DNA of 64,000 nt from Geosiphon pyriformis uo1 (GCA_016748015.1 JAAOMT010000200.1:804984-868983); one strand, 5' to 3'; shown: positions 1-13,516, numbered from the stretch's first letter. Notes: generated by a model from the letters alone, not told the origin. A program made the numbers and translations.

Positions 1-277
1 GAGGCGATATAACTGAGAGGTTCGTAGGTTGGAAATCGAGAAAGGAGTCGCTTTCGTCGCTCGAGATCCTCTTTTTGGTTGGGCGCTATATACTGTCCCC
101 TCAGAAAATTTATGCGTGATGGCTGTAATTTAGGTAGTTTTGGTAAAAAGGGAAGAATTTATATGGGATGTACAGGTTATGTTGCCTCAATTGTATCGAA
201 AAATTCAGGATTATGAAAATTATGAAAAGTTTATATTTACGGGACATGGTGTTGGAAGAGCATTTATTGTCACCTGA
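1..277 (+). pseudogene. Fragment of a divergent class 3 lipase-like gene (GHG instead of GHS), truncated
   Basis: After an AG at 132-133 the frame reads VVLVKREEFIWDVQVMLPQLYRKIQDYENYEKFIFTGHGVGRAFIVT*, which resembles the lipase nucleophile elbow (xxTGHSLGGA). Upstream GDITERFVGWKSRKE could follow an FRG motif. Stop at 275 coincides with a 17-bp direct repeat TGATAAGCATTACTAAG (275-291, 301-317). The 5' end lies outside the window. Confidence 0.5.
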
Positions 278-674
278 TAAGCATTACTAAGTAGATTGAT
301 TGATAAGCATTACTAAGCAACTAGTTAGTAGTTTTATTCATAGGCGTAATCAAGGACACAATCCTATAGTAGAGTCAAAATTCCCAATCTTAGTAGTGAA
401 AAATACCTCAATCACTGAAATCGAAATGGTTAAGATTAACGGGGGTACACTGATTTGTAATGATTGCTATCAATCTCAGTTTGATTTTCATGAAAGTATA
501 AAAGTAACTTAGTTTTCACCATCTGTTTTTGATCAAAGAAATACTTTATTTGCTCCACCTGAATAGATGCTAGTTAATGGTTTTTTGAACAGATTTCAAA
601 GAATCAAATTTGGATCCCTTTTTACATCTTTGAGCGTTTCCAATATTTCTAATTCTAAAATTAATTCAAATAAA

Positions 675-1561
675 ATGGCTATTGAGAAAGCTGCTTTTGC
701 TGCCGGTTGTTTCTGGTATGTGTTTTTTATTGGGAAAAATCAGAATCTTTTTATTACCGTATTTAGAATTTATTCGATATCGCGGTTGATATTTTATATC
801 AAAAAGGGGGGTAGAGAAAGTTTTCAGAAGGAACTTTGGAAAGAATAAAGATTTTGACACTCGTGTTGGATATATTGGTGGGAACAAAAGTGACCCATCA
901 TATCGCGAGGTAAGTCAACACAGATTTAATGTTCTCCGATAAATTGTAACTAAAAAAAATGAAAATGAAGACCAATTTCGAATCTCATCGCAAATAAAAC
1001 AGGTCTGCAATGGCACAACAAACCACGCCGAAGCTGTAGAAATCAACTTCAACCCTGAAAATATATCGTACGCAACACTCGTCGAATTTTTTTACAAAAT
1101 TCATGATCCTACCACTTTAAACAGACAAGGTAATGATAGCGGAACCCAATATCGTTCAGCTATTTTCTATCATTCGCCAGAACAAAAAGAAATTGCCGAA
1201 CGGGTAACAAAGGAGGTTCAAGAGAGGGCAAATAATAATAAGAAATTATATAGTGGTGACAAAATTGTCACCGAGATAACTGAGGCTGGAACTTTTTATA
1301 ATGCTGAGGAATATCATCAGGACTATTTGGTGAGTAATGAAAAAGAATATAATTTTTAAAGACTATTATGCGAACTTTGTGACTGATTCATGACATCTTG
1401 CCTCAATTTTTTATAGACTAAAAATCCACATGGATACGAGGTAATTTTTTTTAGAAAAAATCATTTTTATTGCTAATTTAATTTCATAAATTTAAACATA
1501 ATGATTAATATATCTTTCTCTTTTGTTTTTTTAGTGTCCAACCCATTTTGTTAGATGGTAA
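675..1561 (+). CDS. msrA: Peptide methionine sulfoxide reductase A, 5 exons (675-715, 807-909, 1003-1329, 1417-1440, 1535-1561); alternative in-frame upstream ATG at 567
   Basis: Spliced product MAIEKAAFAAGCFWGVEKVF...VGYIGG...PSYREVCNGTTNHAEAV...HDPTTLNRQGNDSGTQYRSAIF...FYNAEEYHQDYLTKNPHGYECPTHFVRW*. It contains the GCFWG active site and all standard MsrA motifs. GT-AG introns keep the frame. Confidence 0.96.
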
Positions 1562-3601
1562 TTACTTTTCAATAAATAGATTAAGATTTGGAACCATTAG
1601 CTATTCAAAAGAGTCATACGTATTTAGTTGCTGAAATATCATCATACGACATAAGCCTAACGTTGAATAGATTAGAAATAAGTTTTTATTTGAAGTTACT
1701 AAAGTAAGAAATTAGAAGAGATGGGAAAAGTTTCAAGACCTCAAATTCTAAATACTTAAACGGAAGGAAGAGCTGGAAAACAAATAATATTTACCTCTAG
1801 ATGTTTTCATAACTTAAAATGTCGTTTTAAATGTACCATCATTGTTTTTTGTGTATAACCCAATATCAATAAATTATGAATATGCGACGTGTTGATTAAC
1901 ATTGGAGAAGGAATTTTTAAGAAGCGATTCCATATTTTATGTTTCTTGAAAAATTGAACACTTGGAAATAATTATTTGTATAAAAAAAAAAAAAATTCTT
2001 TTTAGAAATAGGAGAATTGGTTATTGAAATAGGTATTTTTACATGCAAATCAATTATTTTATTGCTCATTTTTTACTTTTTGTGGAATTTTATTATGCAT
2101 GTTAAGTTTTTTTTTGATATTCTTTATCATGGTTTTCCTTTTATAATTAGAACAAGAAAACTTATATATTGAAATAATTGTATGATGAAACTTTCTCTAG
2201 ATACTTGTCCAAATTGGTCGGGTGAGATGTTGAATGCTGGATGCTCCCTATTTATTATAGTTAAGATACATCAGATTAAAGATTCAAGCTATTAGTATTT
2301 TTATGATAGAATTTTTGGTTGGGGGAATTTAAGAATTCTCAAAGTTTGCTTAGACAACTTGGTTTAATTTCAAATTCAATTTTCTCACACAACTTATTTC
2401 TTAATCCCAATAAAGCATTAGAATAAAGGAATAAATATTTTTCAGAAGAATGTATCAAGATCAAACATATCAGTTGGAATTCGAATGAACTCGTTTAATC
2501 CAGAAAATTCAAGGCATAATTTAGAAAAAGAAGGAAAGGTCATTGGATTTTTAATGAGGTAAAAACCAAGATTTTTTCTGTTGAGACTCATCTCTTTTCC
2601 TAAACACTCAAAAAGAACCTCCGGGAATTCAAGATTCAACCAACTTGTGGAAATTTACGATTAGATATTTATCTACCCCAAAGTTCGATAATTTCATCAA
2701 TCCGTTTTCGAATCGGAAAATTTATGATACATATTTATTTCATAATGATTTACCCTACAAGAATTCCCGAATTTCAGCTGAAGGTCAAGAACGAGTTTAA
2801 AAGTTTAAAAGTAGGTAAATCTGGCTTTTATGATTGTTCAAAAAAAACCTCCGTTCAGCTTTTTATTTTATTTCTAGGGTGTTCGATTGAAAAATATATC
2901 CTTTATAAGGAGTATTGAGAATAAAATTGAAAGAACAAGAAGGTTTGTAAGTCTTGCCGTTCTTTTTTCGAAAGAAAGAATCATCTATAATCAAAATTGG
3001 CAATTTTTTATTTCAGAATGACACCTTTTCGGTATATTATGATTTACAAGCCGGAAGAAGGTTATACGTCTTGGGGAAAAATTGCTAAATCATATTAGAT
3101 GAGAGAGGTCACCAGATTGAAATAGTGAATTGGCATGAGAATAATATGATAATTGTTCATTTCACACAGGGGGAATTTACAGGCCGAATTTGGTCTGGCA
3201 AGGAAAATCGAGGATGATGAGAAGAAGAAGAAGAAGAAAGAAGAGGAGACTTTAGATTGAAAAATCAATAAATACAAATAATATTCCGAGTATCTTTTTA
3301 ACTCCATTTTTGAAATTAAATTAATTAATTTGAGAAAACTTTTAGAATATTAAATGTTTGAGACAAATTTTGAATATTTAAGGTAACTTTTGGATATAAA
3401 AAATTATATCGACGCAATTAGAGATTATTAGATATATTAATTAATTACGGTCAGTGGTTGGGATTTCTAAAAAAATTATTTCCTAAAATAATCTTAAATT
3501 ATAATGATTAGCTTTTTATAGAGAAAAAAAGTTAATAAAAATATTCAACATCAAAATCCTTGATTCGTCGAAAAAACTGGTGAAAATATTTTTAGAATCT
3601 C

Positions 3602-3604
<3 letters not shown>

Positions 3605-3646
<42 letters not shown>
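3605..3646. repeat. (AAT)n directly followed by (ATT)n, a self-complementary microsatellite
   Basis: aataat...aatattattattattattatt read directly. Confidence 0.85.
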
Positions 3647-4426
3647 TTTTACAGTCAGCAATACCCCAAGTTTCATAATATGGTTTTTTTAACAAACGAA
3701 AAGTACAAAAATATCTTCATATATAAAAAATTTAGAAATATTATCTTTTAATAATTAAAAATTATGTCCTTGATTTCCAAATTAGATTAAATGTCGTCTG
3801 GTATATATCCTAAACGCTTTGTCTTTAAAACTATATGATGGAATTCATTTACTCTAAGCCTCAATTTTTTTGTTTGTGTTTGCTTGTTTGTTTAGAAAAA
3901 ACTCTGGGGATTTTTCGATTCCTGATGAACACGCGTAAATCCGTAGGAAATTATCATGGGAGTCATTTTTAATACGCATTTCTTAAAACGGGCATAAAGA
4001 TGCTTACCAAATTTGAAATAATGTAACAAGTGAGGGATACTACTACTCATTGTGTGGCAGGTAAAAGATATATCCGTTTGTGTATTCTCTCTTGTGGCAT
4101 AACCACTAAATTCGGGCGAGAAATAAATTACATATAAAAAGAATATATTATGAATCGCAAGAATTTGAAAAATAAATCAAATATATAAACCCTCATAAGT
4201 CGGATGGAAAACATGGTAAAAAAATTCGATTTTTTCGCAAACTTGGTAACCGACTCTCCTTATCGGGAGTTGTTTCCTTTGTATTATATAGTTTATTTAT
4301 AAAACATTCTTTTGATTTAGATTTTTTTCACCACTGTGCAGAGCACAGAATTTTGTGGATTTCATTAACTAGATTGTAAATTATATCTTCTTTTTGCTTT
4401 GAATTCTTATCAATTGATTCCAAATC

Positions 4427-5719
4427 ATGACGATCAAGAAAATTCTGTCCAACTTTTTTCCATTTCAAAAATCACTTAAATCTACTTCCCATAAAATCCT
4501 CTTCATCTTTATTTTTTTATTTTATATTTTTTTGATATTCATGCCAAATAATTCAATAGAAGCAGCACCATTAAACCAGAAAAATTATACTGAAATCACA
4601 TTTATCACTGCCACAACATTACCAGCTCCTGTAACCTCAAACAAATTGTTGAGCAACTTCAGATCCTTTGCATTTTATGCTGATGTAGCCTATTACCAAT
4701 TTGAGAAAATTAATAAATGGAGTTGTGGTGGTTCTTGTGATGCTAATCCTGGTACAAGAGTTGTTGGCACTTTTGAAAGTCACCTTGATACTCAAGGTAA
4801 ATTAAAAATCTATTCCTCATTGATATTTTCTTTATCATCTTTTTCAATATCTGATATAAGTTCTGTTCGTTAAATTCAACTTTTGCAGCCTACATTGCAG
4901 TAAACGACCTACGCAAACTTATAATTTTAAGTTTTCGGGGCACCCAACCACAACACTTGAAAGACTTATGGACAGATGCTCAATTATTTTTCACTAAATA
5001 CCGTTCGATTCCAAAAGCAAAAATTCATCAAGGATTTTTTAAAGCTTTTGATTCAGTTGCCGAAAATATATTAAATAAAGTGAAAGCCTTATTAAATACC
5101 TATCCTTCGTATAGTGTTGGTGTTACAGGGCATAGTTTAGGCGGTGGTAAGTCGAAATTCTATGTCAAATAAAATTTTCGATTTTCTGGTTATCATCTAA
5201 TTTACCTAAACACAATTTTATGATTTCTAGCTTTGGCAGTAATTTCTTCTTTACATCTCAAAGAAAATATACCATCCTTAATCCCGGATCGAAATTTTTT
5301 TGTTTACACGTACGGTCAGCCACGAATTGGAAATGACGCATTAGCCCAATATATTCAATCTCAAATCGAAGTTAAACGTGTCACTCATACTACAGATATT
5401 ACACCACATATGCCCCCTCGAAATGTCGGTTATCAACACGCCCCAGGGGAGTATTGGATTGAAGACGACATCGGTTTTGACGCTTCAAGTGCTGTTTTCT
5501 GTGATGGAATGGAGAATTCGGTATGGATTAATTTAAAGACTTGAAAGTGAAATTGAGAAAGTTTTTATTTTACAAAATCTAATCGAAAATTTTTAAATAT
5601 AAATATCCCATTCCTTTTTACAGAATTGCTCAAACTCAATCCCAATATTCAAGCGAACTCTTAGAGCCCATGGAGGCCCTTATTTTGGAGTATATATGAA
5701 TACTTGCAATTGTAAATAA
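4427..5719 (+). CDS. Secreted or membrane-anchored class 3 triacylglycerol lipase, 4 exons (4427-4796, 4889-5146, 5231-5520, 5624-5719)
   Basis: N-terminal hydrophobic segment, WSCGGSC, LSFRGT, IHQGFF, VTGHSLGGALA (catalytic Ser), YTYGQPRIGN, RVTHTTDITPHMPP (Asp), EYWI, CSNS...AHGGPYFG (His). The triad is intact and splicing keeps the frame. Confidence 0.94.
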
Positions 5720-6075
5720 CAGACTATAAAACTTAGCCTATCATCGCTTTGATAGTAATGATTACTTCTTAATTTAATAGATTTTAATAGAAAAGTTTGG
5801 GAAATTTTTTTTTCCTGATCCTCTAGATGAAAAATACTATAAAAAATAGTTTATCACAAACCTTCAATCACTCGAAAGTAGCGTACATAGTACAGAATTC
5901 ATCAGTTTTTTAAATTACCTAACATTTTACCCCTAGCAAAAAAATTTGTGAAAACATGAAAAATAATTTCCCGCGCAATCACAATTTTTCCCAATACTAC
6001 ATATTGTTATTGATTTAAAAAATCTTTTGGCCGTTGAGAAACGTAATTATTAATGTGTGTCAAACGAGAGATTTA

Positions 6076-6282
6076 TTAACGAACTGCGCGAATTTCTCTT
6101 CTTTCATAAAGTTCCTCAGAAATGGCCTGTAGCCATTTCGCATCAACTTTCCAGCCGAATTTTTTTTCCTGTTCAACTTTTAAAAGATTTCCCGAGTGAT
6201 TTTCTGGATCTAATTTACAATGAAAGCGCTTGAGTTTTCTAAAATATGCAATCGTATTTTCGTTTCTCGGCAAAACGTCAAC
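6076..6282 (-). pseudogene. Isolated exon-like coding fragment, possibly another divergent lipase-3-like remnant
   Basis: Open frame after a CAAG acceptor-like site: VDVLPRNENTIAYFRKL...WKVDAKWLQAISEELY. IAYFRK loosely resembles the IxxFRG strand of class 3 lipases. No start codon or catalytic motif was found. Confidence 0.2.
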
Positions 6283-6309
6283 TTGTAAAACATATCTAAA
6301 ATACTTAAC

Positions 6310-8908
6310 TAAGATCAACTAAATGCAAATTAAAGAGATTACCAGTGCCATATTTAATGGGTGGTATATTCACCCAGAAATCTGTCACTATCATTTTGGT
6401 TGACGAGATCTTTTTTTTTTTTTTTTACCGAATCCTTTGCCAGCTGCTCATTAAATTTTGATAAAACATTCTTTCCCTCCGTAAAAATAGAAATTGAATC
6501 GTGGAAATTTCATGATGTCTTTAGTATTTTTAATTGAAAATAAAATGATTTGTTTTTGTATCCACCTGGATATTTCGTTTCAAGAAAATACATGTATATG
6601 AATGCTTAGTAACATTTAAGAAGCAATAAAATAAAAATTATTTTCTAAAAACCAAAAATATTGAATATGAGCTTGTAAAGTATTGTCAAAGGAGATTCCT
6701 TTATTCTTTTTATGTAATGGAAATTTTCTGGCATTCTTCATAATATAATATAAAAATTTCGTTAAAGACATCTATTTTGGCTTTTATTTACACCTGAGCC
6801 CTAAAAAACATTGCTTTGACCACTTTTAAACATTTTGTTTTCTGGAAAGCAATGATTATTTTATTTTATTTTATTTTATTTATTAGATATAATTGACAAA
6901 TCTAATTGATGCTTTGTTTAACAGGAAAACCTGCAATCTTATATTACATTTGAATTATATATACAAAGATCCATTCACAAATAAAAATAATTAAGAACGA
7001 ATGCTCAAAGATCTAAATATTTTCACTATACCCGTGTACACAAATTTTGGATGAACTTTTCAAGTTAAAAAATGATACCGATTTTTTTATACAATATATG
7101 TAATACAAGTAACTTTTTCACTATCATTTCTTTTTATAGCTTTTTCAACACATTTTAGCATCGAGTCAATAAATTGAAGAATTGTCTCTCATGGAATACC
7201 ATTCCATCCAGTAAAGACTGCCTCCTCCAAGTCAGTTTCTGTTCGTGGCTTTCGGTTCTGATGAATCCAATTTTTAACTTACCTCCAAATATTTTCTATT
7301 GGACTAAGATCTGGGATTGTGGAGGCTATTAACTTGCAGTTCTTTCACAAGCTTGCATTTGTGAATTGAAGCGTTATCTTTTCAGAATATTGCTTCTTTG
7401 GCGATCATTATCATTGGTTTCCATATACTTCACCGTCATACGTGAGGGACATCCCAATACCATGATAGATTTACGTCCACTTTTAACGGTTGCTCGTGTA
7501 TTATCAGGGTTGTGAAGACTTTCATGACACCATACACGAAATTTCCCTAAGAATCAGTGCTGATAGAGATTCATCTGTCTAAAGAACGCGTCACCAATCC
7601 TCTTTGGTCGAATACTTGTAGATTTTAGCCCAATTTAGTGGTTTGATTCGTTTTACTTTATTAATTATTGGTTTCTTGCGCATTATATAGAATTTTTCTC
7701 AAAGTTTTCATTAAAATTCTAAGGTACACAGGAGTTTAGATTTTAGATGCTTTGACATCATTCAAAACGTTTATCAATAATAGATTTTTGATCACTATTA
7801 TTTTTTTTTTAAATTCTCAACATAAGTAACGGATGGTCCAGTAATGCGGACAATTTTTGCGGCGGACATACCTCTTTCTTGAGCATTTTTACCTTATAAC
7901 ATTCGTACTTGGTAAGATCTTTTGGCTGCACATTTGTGTATATGTTTCGAATTTTCAAGTCTCTTTAACTAAACAATAAATTAAGCAAAGACAAATGTCT
8001 TGTTATCAAAAGTAACAATTTTAAGGTTTTTAGTATTACTACAATATTTACAATTCTTTACGATCTCGAGAAAATCGTCCTAATTTTGTGTCCGTCTCTT
8101 TCTTGATAAAGGGAACAGTGGTTCTGCGTATCATCAATAAATAATACAAAAAACATTTTTGAAATTTGAAAATAATTCGTCCCTGTGTTTGAAATTTTTG
8201 GATATATAAATAATTCAAACAGATTCTCAATTTGATTTACTTGCAGAAATTTGTCCAAATTCTTTGAGAATGTAGTATTTTGTTGTTTCTTAAAAATTTT
8301 TATTTAAGAAATGGGACTAGATCTTAAAATTCGGGTTTGATATATTTAACAGAAGCTTGAATACAAGGAGTCGAACAATACTTGGTTTATTTTAGAAACC
8401 TAGATGATAAGTCTTGATTATTAAAAATCAGGCGATAACTTTGCTCTTTTATGAAATGATTCGAAATAAAAATCCCCCCATCAAAGTTTTCTTATATTTC
8501 ACTAATTGAAAATCTGAAAATACCCAATTTTGAAATTAATCATGACAAAGGTCAAAAAAATCTTTGATTTCTTAGTTTGGGCTAGAGTTAAAAATACAAG
8601 AATAACTTTTCATATCCCTTTGGGTTGCGAATTAAATAATTTAGATATTTACTAATCTGATAAATAAATAAAAAAGCTTGCATCGGAAAATTTTTATGCA
8701 AATTACATTTGTATTCTCCGACAGTTTATATACCTATAAAAAGTTTAAAAGATCGGTAAATGCATCCCACTTGTTTCATATTGCTTAGAGAACGCCAAGA
8801 AGTTTTACAAAGTAATCGAAATTTGATATCTATTTTATGCTTTAAATATTTTAAAAAGCATTTCATTTATTCCTAAACATGTCTGTGAAATACCTCAATT
8901 AGGACATT
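6310..8908. repeat. Segment A: inverted duplicate of 37056-39280 (SulP upstream region including a Tc1 remnant)
   Basis: Reverse complements align throughout, e.g. 6318 aactaaatgcaaattaaagagattacc vs 39246 ggtaatctctttaatttgcatttagtt; 8151 aaacatttttgaaatttgaaaataattcgtccctgtgtttgaa vs ~37764-37806; 8896 caattaggacatt vs 37056 aatgtcctaattg. Diverged, with indels. Confidence 0.93.
7030..8097 (-). mobile_element. Degenerate Tc1/mariner (IS630-Tc1, DD34E) DNA transposon
   Basis: Minus-strand fragments TDES, SIMVLGC, DNASIHKCKLVKE and PQS/PDLSPIENIW with stops and frameshifts. Imperfect terminal inverted repeats at ~7030-7054 and ~8076-8097 (consensus close to CAGACGGTGACACAAAATTAGGACG). Confidence 0.82.
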
Positions 8909-9331
8909 CAAGGAAATCTGCATTACAACTCTGATTAAAATTGGCTATAGTACAAATTTAGCATTATTCAATGTTTATTTCATTGAAAAGAGCACTGCTC
9001 ATGAAATAGACGGCATAAAAAGAAAAGTTTCATAATCTGTATAACTATAAATCACCTTCATTGTTTAATCAAAATAACAAATACAAATGTTTTTTCAACA
9101 TTACTGGATAGAAACAAACTTAAGGGATGTGCATAAAAAACTGTTTAAGATTAAGGTGGCTTTTTATCTTTAAAAAAAGACTGTTTGTTGTTACAAATTT
9201 GCTTGGCGTTGATTTTTGAAGCGATAGGAAAAATCTCAATATACGGATCTTTTTATATAAAGATTCATTAAGCCTCGTTTTTGACTCTGTTTTCAATAGA
9301 CTTTTGTCACACAGTTGGATTCCGGGGTAAG

Positions 9332-11854
9332 ATGAATACCACTTTAACTTCCCCATTTCCATACACTTATTCACGACCAAGGTTTCATGACAATGCAAAG
9401 AAAGTTGCCGGCAACTTTGGAAAATACGCGTCGAAATACGTAAAATCAATTTTTCCCGTGAAAGACTGGATTGCGTATTACAACATGCGGTGGCTTGTCC
9501 ATGATATTATATCGGGTTTAACGGTGGGAATTGTGGCGATACCACAAAGTATTGGTTATGCAAGGGTGGCGGGATTGCCACCTGAATATGGACTTTATTC
9601 TTCATTCGTGGGTGTTTTACTTTACTGGCTTTTTGCCACATCAAAAGACATTTCGATTGGTCCTACAGCAGTTTTATCATTGTTAATTGGGCAAATCAGT
9701 GATCAAATTTATCAATCGATGGATGGTCAATATACGAAGTCTCAAATTGCCATAACGATTAACTTTTGTGCTGGAATATTGTCTTTAGCAATTGGATTAC
9801 TACGTCTTGGAGTGATAGTAGATTATATTCCAGGACCTGTAATAGTTGGTTTCACTACTGGTTCAGCACTTACTATCGCCACGACAGAACTACCACGATT
9901 ATTTGGTATGATGGATATTGAAGGAGAATCTGAATCTTCGTTTGAGATTCAAGAGGAAGCCATTCAAGAACTTTCACATACTCATATTGATGCTGTAGTG
10001 GGCTTCATCTGCTTGTTCTATTTGTATGCATTAAAGTACATATCTAATTGGTTAGGAAAAAGATATCCACGATATGAACGGCTTTTTTTCTTTGTTGGTC
10101 TGTCGAGGAATATTACACTGCTACTTTGTTCAAGCATATTTGCTTCAATGATTTATCAAAGGGAAACCAATAAAAGTCCTATTGCTATTGTTGGTGCGAT
10201 TCCTTCTGGACTCGACCATTTTGGCCTTGCAAAAATGGATCTTAAGTTGTTGTTGAAAGTTTCCACTTCATTGCCAGTTGTTGTTCTCATGTTGGTTTTG
10301 GAACATGTAGCTGTGGCGAAAAGTTTTGGAAGAATTAACAATTACAAAAGTAAATTTCATTTTTCTTCTGGATTTCTTTAAGACCTTGGTATGACCTACT
10401 AAATATGATTGCAATTATTAGTCGATGCAAGTCAAGAAATTATAGCAATTGGCATCATAAACACAATTGGCTCTTTTTTTGGTGCTTTTCCAACTGCTGG
10501 GGCTTTCTCAAAAAGTGCAATTAAGGCAAAAGCTGGCGTTCATACTCCTATAGCTGGCGTGTTTACTGGAACATTAGTCGTTCTTGCTTTATTTTGGCTG
10601 ACCCCTGGATTTTTTTTTATACCAGATGCTGCTATCGCGTAAGTGATTCCTTTTATTTTTCTTACTTTCTTCTAATAAAGGAAATTTATCTGGATATAGA
10701 ATTTTTTTTTTTCCTACAGGGCTGTTCTGATCCACGCTGTTTTTGATGTAGTTTGCAAGCCATCCTACGTATATACTCTGTATAAAATTGAATGTTAGTA
10801 AACTCTGAATGGACGCAATTTATATCCTTGCTAATAAAATATTTCAACTAAAATCATTCAATTATCATCTCTAGTTACAGATTTCATTGTTTTTATAACA
10901 GCCGTTATATTTTCTGCATTTTTTAATGTTGAGGTAAGTTTATCACTTGGTTATAGAATTGAAATGATTTTTGCCTAAAGTTGAATTTCAAGTCATTTAC
11001 TCTCTTTTGAAATTTGTTCCTGTTAACAGATTAGTGTCTATATCTCTACTCTTCTCGCTCTCTTCTTTATTATATATCGTCTCGCTCGTCCTCGAGTTGA
11101 TGCACTTAGTCGACTAGCAATAACTAGTGACAGTTGCAACAAATGTATAGACTGCTGCAGTCCAAAATACGCCTATGTTCCAAATTGTGACCCATCATTT
11201 ACGGCGTCAATAGAACCTCCTAATGGAGTTCTTATCTTTCGATTGGATGAATCTCTGACATATCCTAATGCCAGTTTTATTGAAGATACAATATTTAATT
11301 ATGTCAAAAAACATACAAGGAGATATCATAAACGACCAGAAAAAAAGTATGATCGAAAGTGGAATGATATGGGACCAAAATATAAAGATGAAGATGAAGA
11401 AAATTCAATATTTCCAAGGTTACGAGCTCTGATTCTTGATATAGCGGCCGTAAGTTTTATTGATGCAACCGGACTTCAAGCATTGACGGATTTGAAGAAG
11501 GCTATAAATAAGTACTCTGATCACAATGTAGAGTACCACTTTGCAAATATAGCAAACAAAAAAGTTCAAGACACTCTTATAATTGGTGGATTTGGCACAA
11601 TCGAATTAGATCCTAAATCGGAGAATCAGAAGCGTCTAGATGAGGAAGCACCAACAGAAATACCAGATAAACTTATACAAAAGCAATTTTTCCATTTAAC
11701 TTTGGATACAGCGGTTGCTGCCACAACGGAGAATACAGAATGGCCCCAACCACAAATTGATCAATTTATAAACATTGCATTATCAACAAGTCCCATTTTG
11801 CCTGAGATAAAGCGAGATAGTTTTACCCCTGTATTTTTACCCAATAGTTTTTGA
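9332..11854 (+). CDS. SulP/SLC26 sulfate (anion) permease with C-terminal STAS domain, 5 exons (9332-10349, 10422-10638, 10720-10793, ~10875-10933, ~11030-11854)
   Basis: DIISGLTVGIVAIPQSIGYARVAGLPPEYGLYSSFVG signature, FATSKDISIGPTAV, GFTTGSA, LEHVAVAKSFGRINNYKIDASQEIIAIG, AFSKSA. STAS motifs ESLTYPNA and LILDIAAVSFIDATGLQAL. Confidence 0.95.
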
Positions 11855-13102
11855 TCCACCTCTTCATCTAAAGCATTTAGCAAATTAATTAGGTTCTTTG
11901 AAACTTTGTAAAATTTTGCGATGCCCTTTTCTAAGTACAATCATATTCTCATTTGTAAATATTTCATGATTTATGCTAGTGATTTATGTATTAATAGTTC
12001 AAAATACAAAAATGATTTTCAAAGCCAGCATTAATTCTTAAACATTGTTTAATTGAAATTAAAACTGAATTCATAATCGAAAGAAATTTTGCTTTTATAT
12101 TTTAATGAAGGTTAGTATAATGAAAATTCTTTAATACTAGCAACCAGTAAAAGAAGACTAATTTGGAATTGAATATTGGTAAAACTGATAAATTTGGGTA
12201 ATAAATTATTTTCGAAAAACTAGCCCTTATAATCAGTTATTAACTAATGTTATTTTAAGTCACCAATCACTTTTTCTTTTTTTTTCTTATAATTTATGAT
12301 ATCTTAAAATGCTTTTGATAAGGCTATCAGTCAAAAAAAATAATCAAAATAGCCATTATTTTTCTGCTTTTATATATACTAGTTTTATATATTTATGGTT
12401 AATATCAAATAAAGATGTTTTTTTTCGTGAGATTTATAAATTTGTATTTATTCATAATTTAAAGCTATCGGTTGAAATTTGTGTTTTCGGAAAATCAGAT
12501 TATGACCTAAAAGATATGAGAGTTTATGCCCCTTATTGTAGATTACAGAGATATTTAATTAATCATTTTGATAAAATATGACGCCTAAATTAAAACCTAC
12601 ACATTCCTAATTAAAACTTAATATTACTATGTCCAATTTAGATAATATAAGAGAATAAGCCGTAAACCGGCTCATTTTTAGTAAGATAGAGAAAAAGAAT
12701 GTTACGAGCACCATTAATATCCCTATCAAGCTCTATTTTGCATGTGGGGGCACAACAAATACCATAAGAATTGACTAAATTGAGAGCCGCCTATTGAATT
12801 CTTGAGCAGGTTAGAGTCATATTTTTTAATCATTACATACTGCTCCAATTTAAAAGACACTAGTCAAAGGACATTAGTTTAATATTGAAATCTTACATCT
12901 AATTTTTAATAATGTTCCTATTTTACATTTCATTTTGTTTCTTTCAAGTTCCTGATATACAGCAAATTAAAAACTAGATTTTTTTTTGAATTCTGAAATT
13001 CATTTCTGCCAAAGTAAAAGGAGCTTAACTTATTGCTTTAATCTTTAATTTCAAGAATAGAAGCCTTAAGTACACTCAATAGAGTACTAACGAGGCTAAA
13101 TA

Positions 13103-13205
13103 AGAAATGTTATTTTACCTATTATCCATTGACACGATTGAGTGACCCCTTTGAAAAAAAAATTGCTTTCGAATTAATAATTGTACAGATATAAAGGTCG
13201 CTGAT
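13103..13205 (-). pseudogene. 5' remnant of the kelch-TM gene (part of exon 1 plus exon 2 GHSIVSMDNR)
   Basis: Reverse complement ...caaag GGGTCACTCAATCGTGTCAATGGATAATAG gtaaaa matches exon 2 at 53804-53833. The ATG and signal peptide are deleted, and homology stops inside intron 2. Confidence 0.8.
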
Positions 13206-13396
13206 AAAACGCAAAATTTATTTAAAAATCACGTTATAAAGCGTGAAATTTCATTTTGTACAGCATTATCATCAGTGTTTCCTTACTTAATAAGATATAT
13301 ATATATTTCCTAAGATCAAGATTTATTTGGTAACATTGAACTAATGAAATACCCTGAATTTTTGTAGATATAGCTGCTTTCCTGTATGTTGTACAT

Positions 13397-13516
13397 NNNN
13401 NNNNNNNNNNNNNNNNNNNNNNNNNNNNNNNNNNNNNNNNNNNNNNNNNNNNNNNNNNNNNNNNNNNNNNNNNNNNNNNNNNNNNNNNNNNNNNNNNNNN
13501 NNNNNNNNNNNNNNNN
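13397..13516. other. Assembly gap (120 N)
   Basis: Run of N. The flanks map to 33501 and 33674 in the paralogous copy, so about 172 bp would be expected there. Confidence 1.

Noticed and set aside
2160-3260. Exon-like pieces on the plus strand (KNVSRSNISVGIRMNSF..., DERGHQIEIVNWHENN...)
   Set aside because: Could not build a stop-free spliced model or recognise a family. Possibly a decayed gene.
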